NCBI RefSeq assembly: GCF_000012925.1
Contig: NC_007517.1
Location: 2,280,001 to 2,312,000, forward strand
Source: Geobacter metallireducens GS-15
GTDB lineage: Bacteria > Desulfobacterota > Desulfuromonadia > Geobacterales > Geobacteraceae
Reading direction: 5' to 3'
Length of the DNA stretch: 32,000 bases
The notes under the pieces are model-generated. The model was not told the DNA's origin. It ran no database searches and was given only the letters and a program-made list of their open reading frames with translations. The position numbers and the translations under genes were made by a program. Every line of letters begins with the position of its first letter. Within the stretch, counting starts at the first letter, position 1. Below are positions 7,576 through 15,524 of this stretch, in pieces.

Positions 7576-10500
7576 ATGCGAAAATGTGCATACTATTTTT
7601 TACTAATTGCAACATTGTTATGTTTAAGCACTATTCAAACGCACGCTGCGTCTGGCACGTTGCAATTCAAGGACACTAGACTTGGCAACATCACAGTGTC
7701 AGTATTTGATTGGTCGCCGGATAACGGTCTGGCGGTAGGGGTGGTACCATTACCGACTTCACCGGCTTCATCTGATTTCAATCTGCTTCTGCATAGTTTT
7801 CTTACTAATTTTAAAGGACCCAATGGAATAATAGCAGGAAGTGGATTGAACGCTGATTATGAAATTACTGTTGTTATGGGTGCTACCCAAACAGGATTTA
7901 CAGATTCGAGCACCATTCCTGTTAATACGAATTTCAAATTAAGTTCTAATAAGACTATTAATTATTTCAAAGTATATTACGATACAAATTTAAATTCCAA
8001 CTCATTAACTGGCCAAGGATACAATGACGGCATTCTCCTAATGAGTGGAACCATCAGCAATGACAATGGCAATTTTTCTATTACAACTAATGCTACAGTC
8101 CCTTTAGATAATTTTTTGAACAATAATTATCCTACTGCGACCACTTTACAAGGCGGCGGTGGCTATGCAGCTTCTGTAGCTATTGATTATTACAATCCAG
8201 AATTTATAACTTTCACATCTCCGAATGCACGTTTATCTTTCGCCACTAACACCAATGAAGTGACCCCTTTCAATCAAGCCGACCCATCTGCTGCTTTTTA
8301 TAATGGAACCGGCTTTCAAACCCCAATCAGAGGTGCCGGCAACGTTAATGGCATGCCAGCAACACAAGGTAAGGCTGATTTCCAGTTCCAGGCTGATGCT
8401 AACAGTAGCGTCCAGTACGAGGCATGCACCGGCTCCATAGGTGACATAGTCTGGCACGACCTGAACCGCAACGGCATCCAGGATCCCGGCGAACCAGGTA
8501 TAGACGGAGTGCCGGTCAGTATCTACAAAGCCTCAGATAACAGCCTTATCACTACGACAACCACTGGTGTCGGCCCGCTGAACCAGCATGGCTACTACCA
8601 GTTCACCGGTCTGTGCGCCGGCAACTACAAGGTAGTTGTCGACGAGACGAAACTGCCGACAGGATTTACCCCAACAACGTCGAACGTGGGAAGTGACCCT
8701 GCGATCGACAGCAACGGCAGCCCGGCTTCCGTCACGCTTCCCACTGACTCCAGTTCCGATCAGACCATCGATTTCGGCTATGTCTCTCCCTGTACCGGTT
8801 CTATCGGTGACTTTGTCTGGCTGGACATGAATCGTGACGGCATTCAGAACGACGGTCCGAACGCCGGCATTAACGGCGCAACAATCAGGCTCTATAACGA
8901 CACCCTTACGACGGTGCTGGCAACAACGACAAGCGGTCCCAACGGTTATTATCAGTTCTCAGGACTCTGTGCCGGAACATATCAAGTGGTTGTCGATGAA
9001 ACCACTCTGCCACCGGGACTGCTGCAGACAGGCTCCCTACAGGGCACTGACCGCGCGATCGACAGCAACGGCAGCCCTGCCTCCGTGACTCTGCCCACTG
9101 ACTCCAGCTCGGATCAGACCATTGACTTTGGTTATGTCGCCCGCTGCACCGGCACAATCGGAGATTATGTGTGGCTGGACCAGAACTTCAACAGCCTTCA
9201 GGATGCCGGTGAACCGGGAATCGATGGTGTAACCATCAATCTGCGGAAGGCATCCGACAACAGCCTCATTACAACGACAACAACTGGCTCCAATGGCTTC
9301 TATCAATTTACTGGCCTCTGTGCCGGCGACTACTTGGTGGAATCCACTCCTCCGCCGGGCTTGAGTCGTGTACCACTTTGCAGCGCTGACCAAACGATCG
9401 GAAATGACAGTAATTGTTCACCAGCGCAGGTGACTCTGCCGGCTGACAACTCCTCAAACCAGACCATTGATTTCGGTTTTGAGAGTGCCTGTACCGGGAC
9501 GATTGGCGACTTCGTCTGGGAAGACGCAAACCGCAACGGGATTCAGGACGCTGGAGAACAGGGAATCAATGGTGTAACCCTCAATCTGCGGAGAATATCA
9601 GACTACAGCGTTATTGCTACCACGACCACCAATACCGTCGGTTACTACCAGTTTAACGGACTCTGTGCAGGCAGCTACAAAGTCGAGGCTATTACACCAA
9701 CTGGCTACATGCCGACCCCATCATGTAGCTCTGATCAGACGATTGCAAATGACAGCAACTGCAATCCAGCACAGGTGGATCTGCCTTCTAATTTTAGTCC
9801 CAATCAGACCATCGACTTCGGCTTCTTCACCCCCTGCTCCGGATCGCTTGGCGACTTTGTCTGGAACGACCTGAACCACAACGGTATCCAGGATGCCAAC
9901 GAGCCGGGCATCGCCGGCGTTCCGGTAACCATCACCGGCACCAACATCTACGGCACCGCCGTCAATACGACGGTCAACACCAACGCCAGCGGCATGTACA
10001 CCTTCACCGGCCTGTGCCAGGGAACCTACACCGTTACCGTGCCGACCCCTGCGGGCTACACTCCGACGCTGACCGGCAAGGGTACCACCGCCACCGACAG
10101 CAACGGCAGCCCCGCTTCCGTGACGCTGCCCGCTGACAATTCCTCGGATCAGACCATCGACTTCGGCTTCTTCACCCCCTGCTCCGGATCGATTGGCGAC
10201 TTTGTCTGGAACGACCTGAACCACAACGGCGTTCAGGATGCCAACGAACCGGGCATTGCCGGCGTTCCGGTAACCATCACCGGCACCAACATCTACGGCA
10301 CTGCCGTCAGCATGACGGTCAACACCAACGCCAGCGGCATGTATCAGTTCACCGGCCTGTGCCAGGGAACCTACACCGTTACCGTGCCGACCCCTGCGGG
10401 CTACACTCCGACGCTGACCGGCAAGGGTACCACCGCCACCGACAGCAACGGCAGCCCCGCAACCGTGGTCCTGGCCGCTGACAATTCCTCGGATCAGACC

Positions 10501-13500
10501 ATCGACTTCGGCTTCTTCACCCCCTGCTCCGGATCGATTGGCGACTTTGTCTGGAACGACCTGAACCACAACGGTATCCAGGATGCCAACGAACCGGGCA
10601 TCGCCGGCGTTCCCGTCACCATCACCGGCACCAACATCTACGGCACTGCCGTCAGCATGACGGTCAACACCAACGCCAGCGGCATGTACACCTTCACCGG
10701 CCTGTGCCAGGGAACCTACACCGTCACCGTGCCGACCCCTGCGGGATTCACTCCGACGCTGACCGGCAAGGGTACCACCGCTACCGACAGCAACGGCAGC
10801 CCCGCAACCGTGGTCCTGGCCGCTGACAATTCCTCGGATCAGACCATCGACTTCGGATTCTTCACCCCCTGCTCCGGATCGATTGGCGACTTTGTCTGGA
10901 ACGACCTGAACCACAACGGTATCCAGGATGCCAACGAACCGGGCATCGCCGGCGTTCCCGTCACCATCACCGGCACCAACATCTACGGCACTACCGTCAG
11001 CATGACGGTCAACACCAACGCCAGCGGCATGTACACCTTCACCGGCCTGTGCCAGGGAACCTACACCGTCACCGTGCCGACCCCTGCGGGATTCACTCCG
11101 ACGCTGACCGGCAAGGGTACCACCGCTACTGACAGCAACGGCAGCCCCGCAACCGTGGTCCTGGCCGCTGACAATTCCTCGGATCAGACCATCGACTTCG
11201 GATTCTTCACCCCCACGCCCTCCATCAAAATCATAAAATACACCAACGGTGATGATGCCGATCTTCCCACCGGTCCCATGATCCCCGTTGGCGGCTTGGT
11301 CACGTGGACGTACGTGGTCACCAACACCGGCAATGTGGATCTCGCCAACGTTGTCGTCACCGACGACAAGCTCGGCGCCATTTGCACCATCGGTCCCCTG
11401 GCTACTGGTGCCTCACAGACCTGCACCAAGACCGGTACGGCCGTTATGGGCCAGTATGCCAACACAGGTACCGTTACGGGCACGTTCGGTACTACGACCG
11501 TTACCGACCAGAATCCAAGCCACTACTTCGGTGTCAAGGCGAGCATCGACATCCGCAAACAGGCCGAAGGTCCCGATACCCGGAACTTCCCTGCCGGATC
11601 AAATGTTCCCTTTGAAATCGTTGTCACCAACACCGGCAACGTGGCACTGAACAACGTCGTAGTTACCGATCAGATGGTACCGGCATGCAATGCAACCATC
11701 GGCACCCTTAACCCAGGGCAGATTTATACCTACACCTGTACTGCCCCCATGGTGCTCAATAACTTTACGAACACCGCCTGCACAGAAGGAATGGCCGGCA
11801 CCACCACCGTTACCGATTGCGATGATTCCACGGTAGTGGTCACCACTCCCAAGATTAGCATTAAGAAGTACACCAACGGCGACGACGCCGATTTGGCACC
11901 CGGTCCCTACATCCCGGTTGGCGGCGAAGTCAAGTGGGAGTACGTAGTCACCAACACGGGCAATGTGGATCTCACCAACGTTGTCGTCACCGACGACAAG
12001 CTCGGCGCCATCTGCACCATTGGTCCCTTGGCGGCAGGCGCTTCCCAGACCTGCACCAAGACCGGCACTGCCGTTATGGGCCAGTACGCCAACATGGGTA
12101 CCGTTACCGGTCAGTACAACGGCACTACCGTAACCGATCAGAATCCGAGCCACTACTTCGGTGTCAAGGCAAGTATCGACATCCGTAAGCAGGCCGAAGG
12201 TCCTGATACCCGAAGCTTCCCTGCCGGATCAGATGTTCCATTTGAAATCGTTGTCACCAACACCGGCAACGTAGCATTGAACAATGTCAAAGTTACCGAT
12301 CAGTTGGTGCCGGCATGCAACACGACCATCGGAACGTTAAACCCAGGGCAGGTTTATTCCTACACCTGCACTGCTCCGATGGTACTCAACGGCTTCACAA
12401 ACACCGCATGTACGGAGGGGATGGCCGGGGCCGTCGTGGTAACTGATTGTGACGATTCTACAGTCACGGTTACTACTGCAAAGATTGACATCGCAAAATA
12501 CGTTTCCATCGATGGCAAAACCTGGTTCCACACGGACAGCAGTGATGTCCTCAAGGTCGCGCTGTGTGCCACCTGCGAAGAGGAATACGACAAGGAGCAC
12601 TGCGACTATAACCACGACAACAAGTGCGATGAGCGAGACGTCGATTACTGCAAGTCCAACAAGTACGAGTGCGACAGGCACGACTCCGAGCATGGCAGCA
12701 ACAAGCGCAAGCACCGCTGCGATGACAGCTCGAACAAGTCCTACTGCGAGGACAAGGCAGAGGATGCGCACGAGCGGGATCACAGCGACTACAACAACGA
12801 TGGCAAGTGTGATGAGCGCGACATCGATTACTGCAGGTACAACAAATCCACCTGCGACCGGCACGATGCCGACCATCACAGCACTACGCGGTCTTACAGG
12901 TGCGACGACAGTTACAGCAAGACCACGTGCGAAAGCAAGAAGAAGGATGAAGAGAAGTCTGACAAGGAGCGCAGCGACTACAACCGCGACGGCAAGTGTG
13001 ACGAGCGCGACGTAGCCTACTGCCAAAACAACAAGTCATCCTGTGACTCGTTTGACAGGGACCGTGGCAACCTCAAGCGGCGCTTCCGGTGTGACGACAG
13101 CACCAGCGGCGGTAAGTGCGAGGATATGGCACGCACAGAGCACGACAAGGATGACGGAGATTACAACAACGATGGCAAGTGCGACGAGCGCGACATCGAC
13201 TACTGCAAGTACAACCGCTCTGCTTGCGATCAGCACGACAAGAACCATGGCAGCGGCAAGCGCACCTACCGCTGCGACGACAGCTCGAACGAGTCATCGT
13301 GCGAGGACAGGGTCCGGAAGGAACATGACCACGACCGCAGTGACTATGATCATGACGGGAAGCTCGACGAGGACGACATCAAATACTGCCAGGAAAACAA
13401 GGATCGATGCGTCAAGCAAGACCGTGACTACAGCAACTGCAAACGCACCTACCGGTGCGACGACAGCGAACACAGGGAAGATTGCGGCTACTACGCCCAG

Positions 13501-15390
13501 CGTGAGCATGACAAGGATGACAGCGACTACAATCACGACGGCAAGTGCGACGAGCGTGACATCGACTACTGCAAGAACGAGCAGGAGCGGTGCGACGAGC
13601 ACGACAGGGACCATAAGCTGACTAAACGTACCTATCGGTGCGACGACAGCTCTTACAAGGATTCATGTGGTTCCTACGCGCAACGGGAGCATGACAAGGA
13701 CCGCAGCGACTACAACCGCGATGGCAAGCGCGACGAGCGCGACATCGACTACTGCAAGGGGAACGATGAGGAGTGCATCAAGCACGACAAGGGGCACGGC
13801 AACTTCACCCGCTCATACCGGTGCGATGAGAGCTCCAACAAAACCCTTTGCGAATCGACCCGGTATTCGCAAAACAAGAGTGAGAAGGACGACAGCGACT
13901 ACAATCGCGACGGCAAGTGCGACGAGCGCGACATCAGCTACTGCAAGTACAATCGCGACGCTTGCGACAAGTTCGATAGTGATCGCGGCAACAGGAAACG
14001 GACCTATCGTTGCGACGACAGCTCCTACAAGACCTCGTGCCAGGATAAGGCCGAGTATGAGCATGATAGGGACCACGCCGACTACAACCGCGATGGCAAG
14101 TGCGACGAGCGCGACATCGACAATTGCAAGAACAGTCCCTACGGATGCGATGATCATGACAGGGATCACGGCGATTCCAAGCGGCACTATCGCTGCGACG
14201 ACAGTTATGACAAGACGCGGTGTGAAGAGCGTTCAAGAGAGGAACGTGATCGGGAATCCAGCTGCAGCGGAAGTGGCAGTTATCCCTCACCGGCATGCGG
14301 CAAGGTCTACTTCAAGTACCTCGTGACCAATACCGGATCAACTACCTTGACTAACCTCACCCTCACCGACGACAAGAACAGCGTGAGCAGTTGCACCATC
14401 CCGGCAGGGCTGAATCCCGACGGTTCCTTCAGCTGCATAATCGGGCCCCTGCCGGCCAAGGCCGGACTCCAGGTAAACACCGCTACGGCAACAGGAACAT
14501 ATGGCGGCGTAACCACTACTGATACCGACAAGGCCTACTATTACGGGTGCGACGGAACCGCACCGAAATCCCCCGGTTACTGGAAGAACCATCCCGAGGC
14601 CTGGCCGGTGGAATCAATCACCATCGGTGGCAAGACGTATACAAAGGCCCAGGCCATCAGCCTCATGAACACTCCGGTCAGCGGAGACAAGACCTACACC
14701 CTGTTCAAGGCACTGGTTGCTGCTAAACTGGATGCCATGGGTTGCGGCGACTCATCCTGCGTAACCGACACGATCGCCAAGTCCGATGCCTGGATGGCCC
14801 TGCACCCCGTGGGAAGCGGAGTTGCCGGTGATAGTTATGCCTGGAAGCAGGCAGAACCGTGGTATCTGATACTTGACGATTACATCAACGGGAAGCTGGT
14901 GTGCGGAGGGAGCAACACCTGTACTCCTCCGCCTCCTCCCGCACCAACCTGCGGTCAATGCAGTGGCGGTACAACGAAGCTGGCACTCAAGTACACTGGT
15001 GATTGCCTTGCAAAGGTCGAGGTAAAAGACAGCAACGGCCGGACGCTGTTCTCCAGCACCGTTGCACCGGACAGCAGCTTCAACTTTACCGGCATGTCCA
15101 CCAATGGCACCATGGGACAATACGTGAAGGTCTACGTCAACGGCAGCTACAAGGCTACGATCTACACGGATTGCTCCAAACCGATCTATCCAGGGATGGG
15201 AATTGGTTCCTTCAACGTTGTGGAGGGGTATAGCCTGAATGGCGGGAAGTTCTGCCGGGTATCGTCATCATCCTGCACAAGCTATGACGACGATCACTAC
15301 AGCAGTGACTACTGCGGCTCGCACGACGGAGAATCAAGCTGCCTCAACTTCTTCGACCACGAAAGCAGTGATAGTCATCACGATGATTGA
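7576..15390 (+). CDS. giant secreted repeat protein (2604 aa), adhesin-like
   Basis: A 7.8-kb uninterrupted ORF with SD AAAGGAGAGG before the ATG and the signal peptide ...STIQTHA/AS. The domain order is an N-terminal module shared with the PEP-CTERM protein, 8 SdrD-B-like repeats, 4 DUF11 domains, 9 Asp/Cys-rich repeats inside a fifth DUF11, and C-terminal Cys-containing modules. GxIGDxVWxDxNxNGxQD repeats match the SdrD B-like domain, and VTNTGNVxLxNVxVTD blocks match DUF11. No PEP-CTERM is present at the C-terminus. Confidence 0.9.
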   Translation: MRKCAYYFLLIATLLCLSTIQTHAASGTLQFKDTRLGNITVSVFDWSPDNGLAVGVVPLPTSPASSDFNLLLHSFLTNFKGPNGIIAGSGLNADYEITVVMGATQTGFTDSSTIPVNTNFKLSSNKTINYFKVYYDTNLNSNSLTGQGYNDGILLMSGTISNDNGNFSITTNATVPLDNFLNNNYPTATTLQGGGGYAASVAIDYYNPEFITFTSPNARLSFATNTNEVTPFNQADPSAAFYNGTGFQTPIRGAGNVNGMPATQGKADFQFQADANSSVQYEACTGSIGDIVWHDLNRNGIQDPGEPGIDGVPVSIYKASDNSLITTTTTGVGPLNQHGYYQFTGLCAGNYKVVVDETKLPTGFTPTTSNVGSDPAIDSNGSPASVTLPTDSSSDQTIDFGYVSPCTGSIGDFVWLDMNRDGIQNDGPNAGINGATIRLYNDTLTTVLATTTSGPNGYYQFSGLCAGTYQVVVDETTLPPGLLQTGSLQGTDRAIDSNGSPASVTLPTDSSSDQTIDFGYVARCTGTIGDYVWLDQNFNSLQDAGEPGIDGVTINLRKASDNSLITTTTTGSNGFYQFTGLCAGDYLVESTPPPGLSRVPLCSADQTIGNDSNCSPAQVTLPADNSSNQTIDFGFESACTGTIGDFVWEDANRNGIQDAGEQGINGVTLNLRRISDYSVIATTTTNTVGYYQFNGLCAGSYKVEAITPTGYMPTPSCSSDQTIANDSNCNPAQVDLPSNFSPNQTIDFGFFTPCSGSLGDFVWNDLNHNGIQDANEPGIAGVPVTITGTNIYGTAVNTTVNTNASGMYTFTGLCQGTYTVTVPTPAGYTPTLTGKGTTATDSNGSPASVTLPADNSSDQTIDFGFFTPCSGSIGDFVWNDLNHNGVQDANEPGIAGVPVTITGTNIYGTAVSMTVNTNASGMYQFTGLCQGTYTVTVPTPAGYTPTLTGKGTTATDSNGSPATVVLAADNSSDQTIDFGFFTPCSGSIGDFVWNDLNHNGIQDANEPGIAGVPVTITGTNIYGTAVSMTVNTNASGMYTFTGLCQGTYTVTVPTPAGFTPTLTGKGTTATDSNGSPATVVLAADNSSDQTIDFGFFTPCSGSIGDFVWNDLNHNGIQDANEPGIAGVPVTITGTNIYGTTVSMTVNTNASGMYTFTGLCQGTYTVTVPTPAGFTPTLTGKGTTATDSNGSPATVVLAADNSSDQTIDFGFFTPTPSIKIIKYTNGDDADLPTGPMIPVGGLVTWTYVVTNTGNVDLANVVVTDDKLGAICTIGPLATGASQTCTKTGTAVMGQYANTGTVTGTFGTTTVTDQNPSHYFGVKASIDIRKQAEGPDTRNFPAGSNVPFEIVVTNTGNVALNNVVVTDQMVPACNATIGTLNPGQIYTYTCTAPMVLNNFTNTACTEGMAGTTTVTDCDDSTVVVTTPKISIKKYTNGDDADLAPGPYIPVGGEVKWEYVVTNTGNVDLTNVVVTDDKLGAICTIGPLAAGASQTCTKTGTAVMGQYANMGTVTGQYNGTTVTDQNPSHYFGVKASIDIRKQAEGPDTRSFPAGSDVPFEIVVTNTGNVALNNVKVTDQLVPACNTTIGTLNPGQVYSYTCTAPMVLNGFTNTACTEGMAGAVVVTDCDDSTVTVTTAKIDIAKYVSIDGKTWFHTDSSDVLKVALCATCEEEYDKEHCDYNHDNKCDERDVDYCKSNKYECDRHDSEHGSNKRKHRCDDSSNKSYCEDKAEDAHERDHSDYNNDGKCDERDIDYCRYNKSTCDRHDADHHSTTRSYRCDDSYSKTTCESKKKDEEKSDKERSDYNRDGKCDERDVAYCQNNKSSCDSFDRDRGNLKRRFRCDDSTSGGKCEDMARTEHDKDDGDYNNDGKCDERDIDYCKYNRSACDQHDKNHGSGKRTYRCDDSSNESSCEDRVRKEHDHDRSDYDHDGKLDEDDIKYCQENKDRCVKQDRDYSNCKRTYRCDDSEHREDCGYYAQREHDKDDSDYNHDGKCDERDIDYCKNEQERCDEHDRDHKLTKRTYRCDDSSYKDSCGSYAQREHDKDRSDYNRDGKRDERDIDYCKGNDEECIKHDKGHGNFTRSYRCDESSNKTLCESTRYSQNKSEKDDSDYNRDGKCDERDISYCKYNRDACDKFDSDRGNRKRTYRCDDSSYKTSCQDKAEYEHDRDHADYNRDGKCDERDIDNCKNSPYGCDDHDRDHGDSKRHYRCDDSYDKTRCEERSREERDRESSCSGSGSYPSPACGKVYFKYLVTNTGSTTLTNLTLTDDKNSVSSCTIPAGLNPDGSFSCIIGPLPAKAGLQVNTATATGTYGGVTTTDTDKAYYYGCDGTAPKSPGYWKNHPEAWPVESITIGGKTYTKAQAISLMNTPVSGDKTYTLFKALVAAKLDAMGCGDSSCVTDTIAKSDAWMALHPVGSGVAGDSYAWKQAEPWYLILDDYINGKLVCGGSNTCTPPPPPAPTCGQCSGGTTKLALKYTGDCLAKVEVKDSNGRTLFSSTVAPDSSFNFTGMSTNGTMGQYVKVYVNGSYKATIYTDCSKPIYPGMGIGSFNVVEGYSLNGGKFCRVSSSSCTSYDDDHYSSDYCGSHDGESSCLNFFDHESSDSHHDD
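8425..11214 (+). repeat. eight tandem SdrD-B-like domain repeats (366, 354, then 6 x 345 bp), in frame within the giant gene
   Basis: Units start at 8425, 8791, 9145, 9490, 9835, 10180, 10525 and 10870. Each begins C(T/S)G(S/T)(I/L)GD and ends DQTIDFG(F/Y). Confidence 0.85.
9835..11214 (+). repeat. four nearly identical 345-bp tandem copies (the last four SdrD-B-like units)
   Basis: Period is exactly 345 bp. The protein units differ at only a handful of residues, for example AVNTTV/AVSMTV/TVSMTV, GYTPT/GFTPT and ASVTLPA/ATVVLAA. Confidence 0.9.
11218..12477 (+). repeat. 2 x 630-bp duplication encoding two pairs of DUF11 domains
   Basis: PSIKIIKYTNGDDADL... (from 11218) and PKISIKKYTNGDDADL... 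(from 11848) are 210-aa units that are highly similar over their full length. Confidence 0.85.
12604..14262 (+). repeat. nine tandem 61-63-aa Asp/Cys/His/Lys/Arg-rich repeats (183-189 bp each)
   Basis: The hand-derived consensus is DYNxDGKCDERDIDYCKxNxxxCDxHDxDHGxxKRTYRCDDSSxKxxCE..(E/R/D-rich). Unit lengths were counted as 61,63,61,61,61,61,63,61,61 aa. The ninth unit starts at 14080, as predicted from the sum of the preceding units. Confidence 0.9.
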
Positions 15391-15427
15391 TTCTGCAATG
15401 ATTGCATAATTAGCTCCTCTGTACCAA

Positions 15428-15455
15428 GGGAGATGGGAAACCATCTCCCTTTTTT
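15428..15455 (+). terminator. intrinsic terminator of the giant gene
   Basis: GGGAGATGG (15428-15436), a GAAA loop, CCATCTCCC (15441-15449), then T6. Confidence 0.8.
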
Positions 15456-15524
15456 ATTACTCCAACGATTCACGAGTACTTGAAACTGATTGTCAGTGTG
15501 GTAAGAGTCTCAGGGGAGGAGTTC

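Noticed and set aside
9721-10914. 397-aa minus-strand ORF across the 345-bp tandem repeats
   Set aside because: It is an open frame created by the periodic, GC-rich repeat DNA. Its product is low-complexity (G/A/V/R-rich) and itself periodic. The + strand frame belongs to a 7.8-kb continuous ORF with recognisable domains.
8425-14262. A CRISPR array or other non-coding repeat array as the explanation for the tandem repeats
   Set aside because: Repeat units are contiguous with no unique spacers, are 183-366 bp long, and are all in frame within one ORF encoding recognisable protein domains.
12337-14326. Multiple long ORFs in alternative frames and on the antisense strand of the Asp/Cys-rich repeat region (e.g. 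12337-13026 -, 12449-13015 +, 13043-13621 +, 13667-14326 +)
   Set aside because: All are by-products of the codon-biased repeat (GAC/GAT/TGC/AAG-rich). Their products are T/A/S or V/A/L low-complexity strings with no starts supported by an SD.
15480-15524. TTG start at 15480 for the secreted orphan
   Set aside because: The ATG at 15525 is directly preceded by GGAGGA and yields a canonical signal peptide. The 15 extra codons add nothing recognisable.
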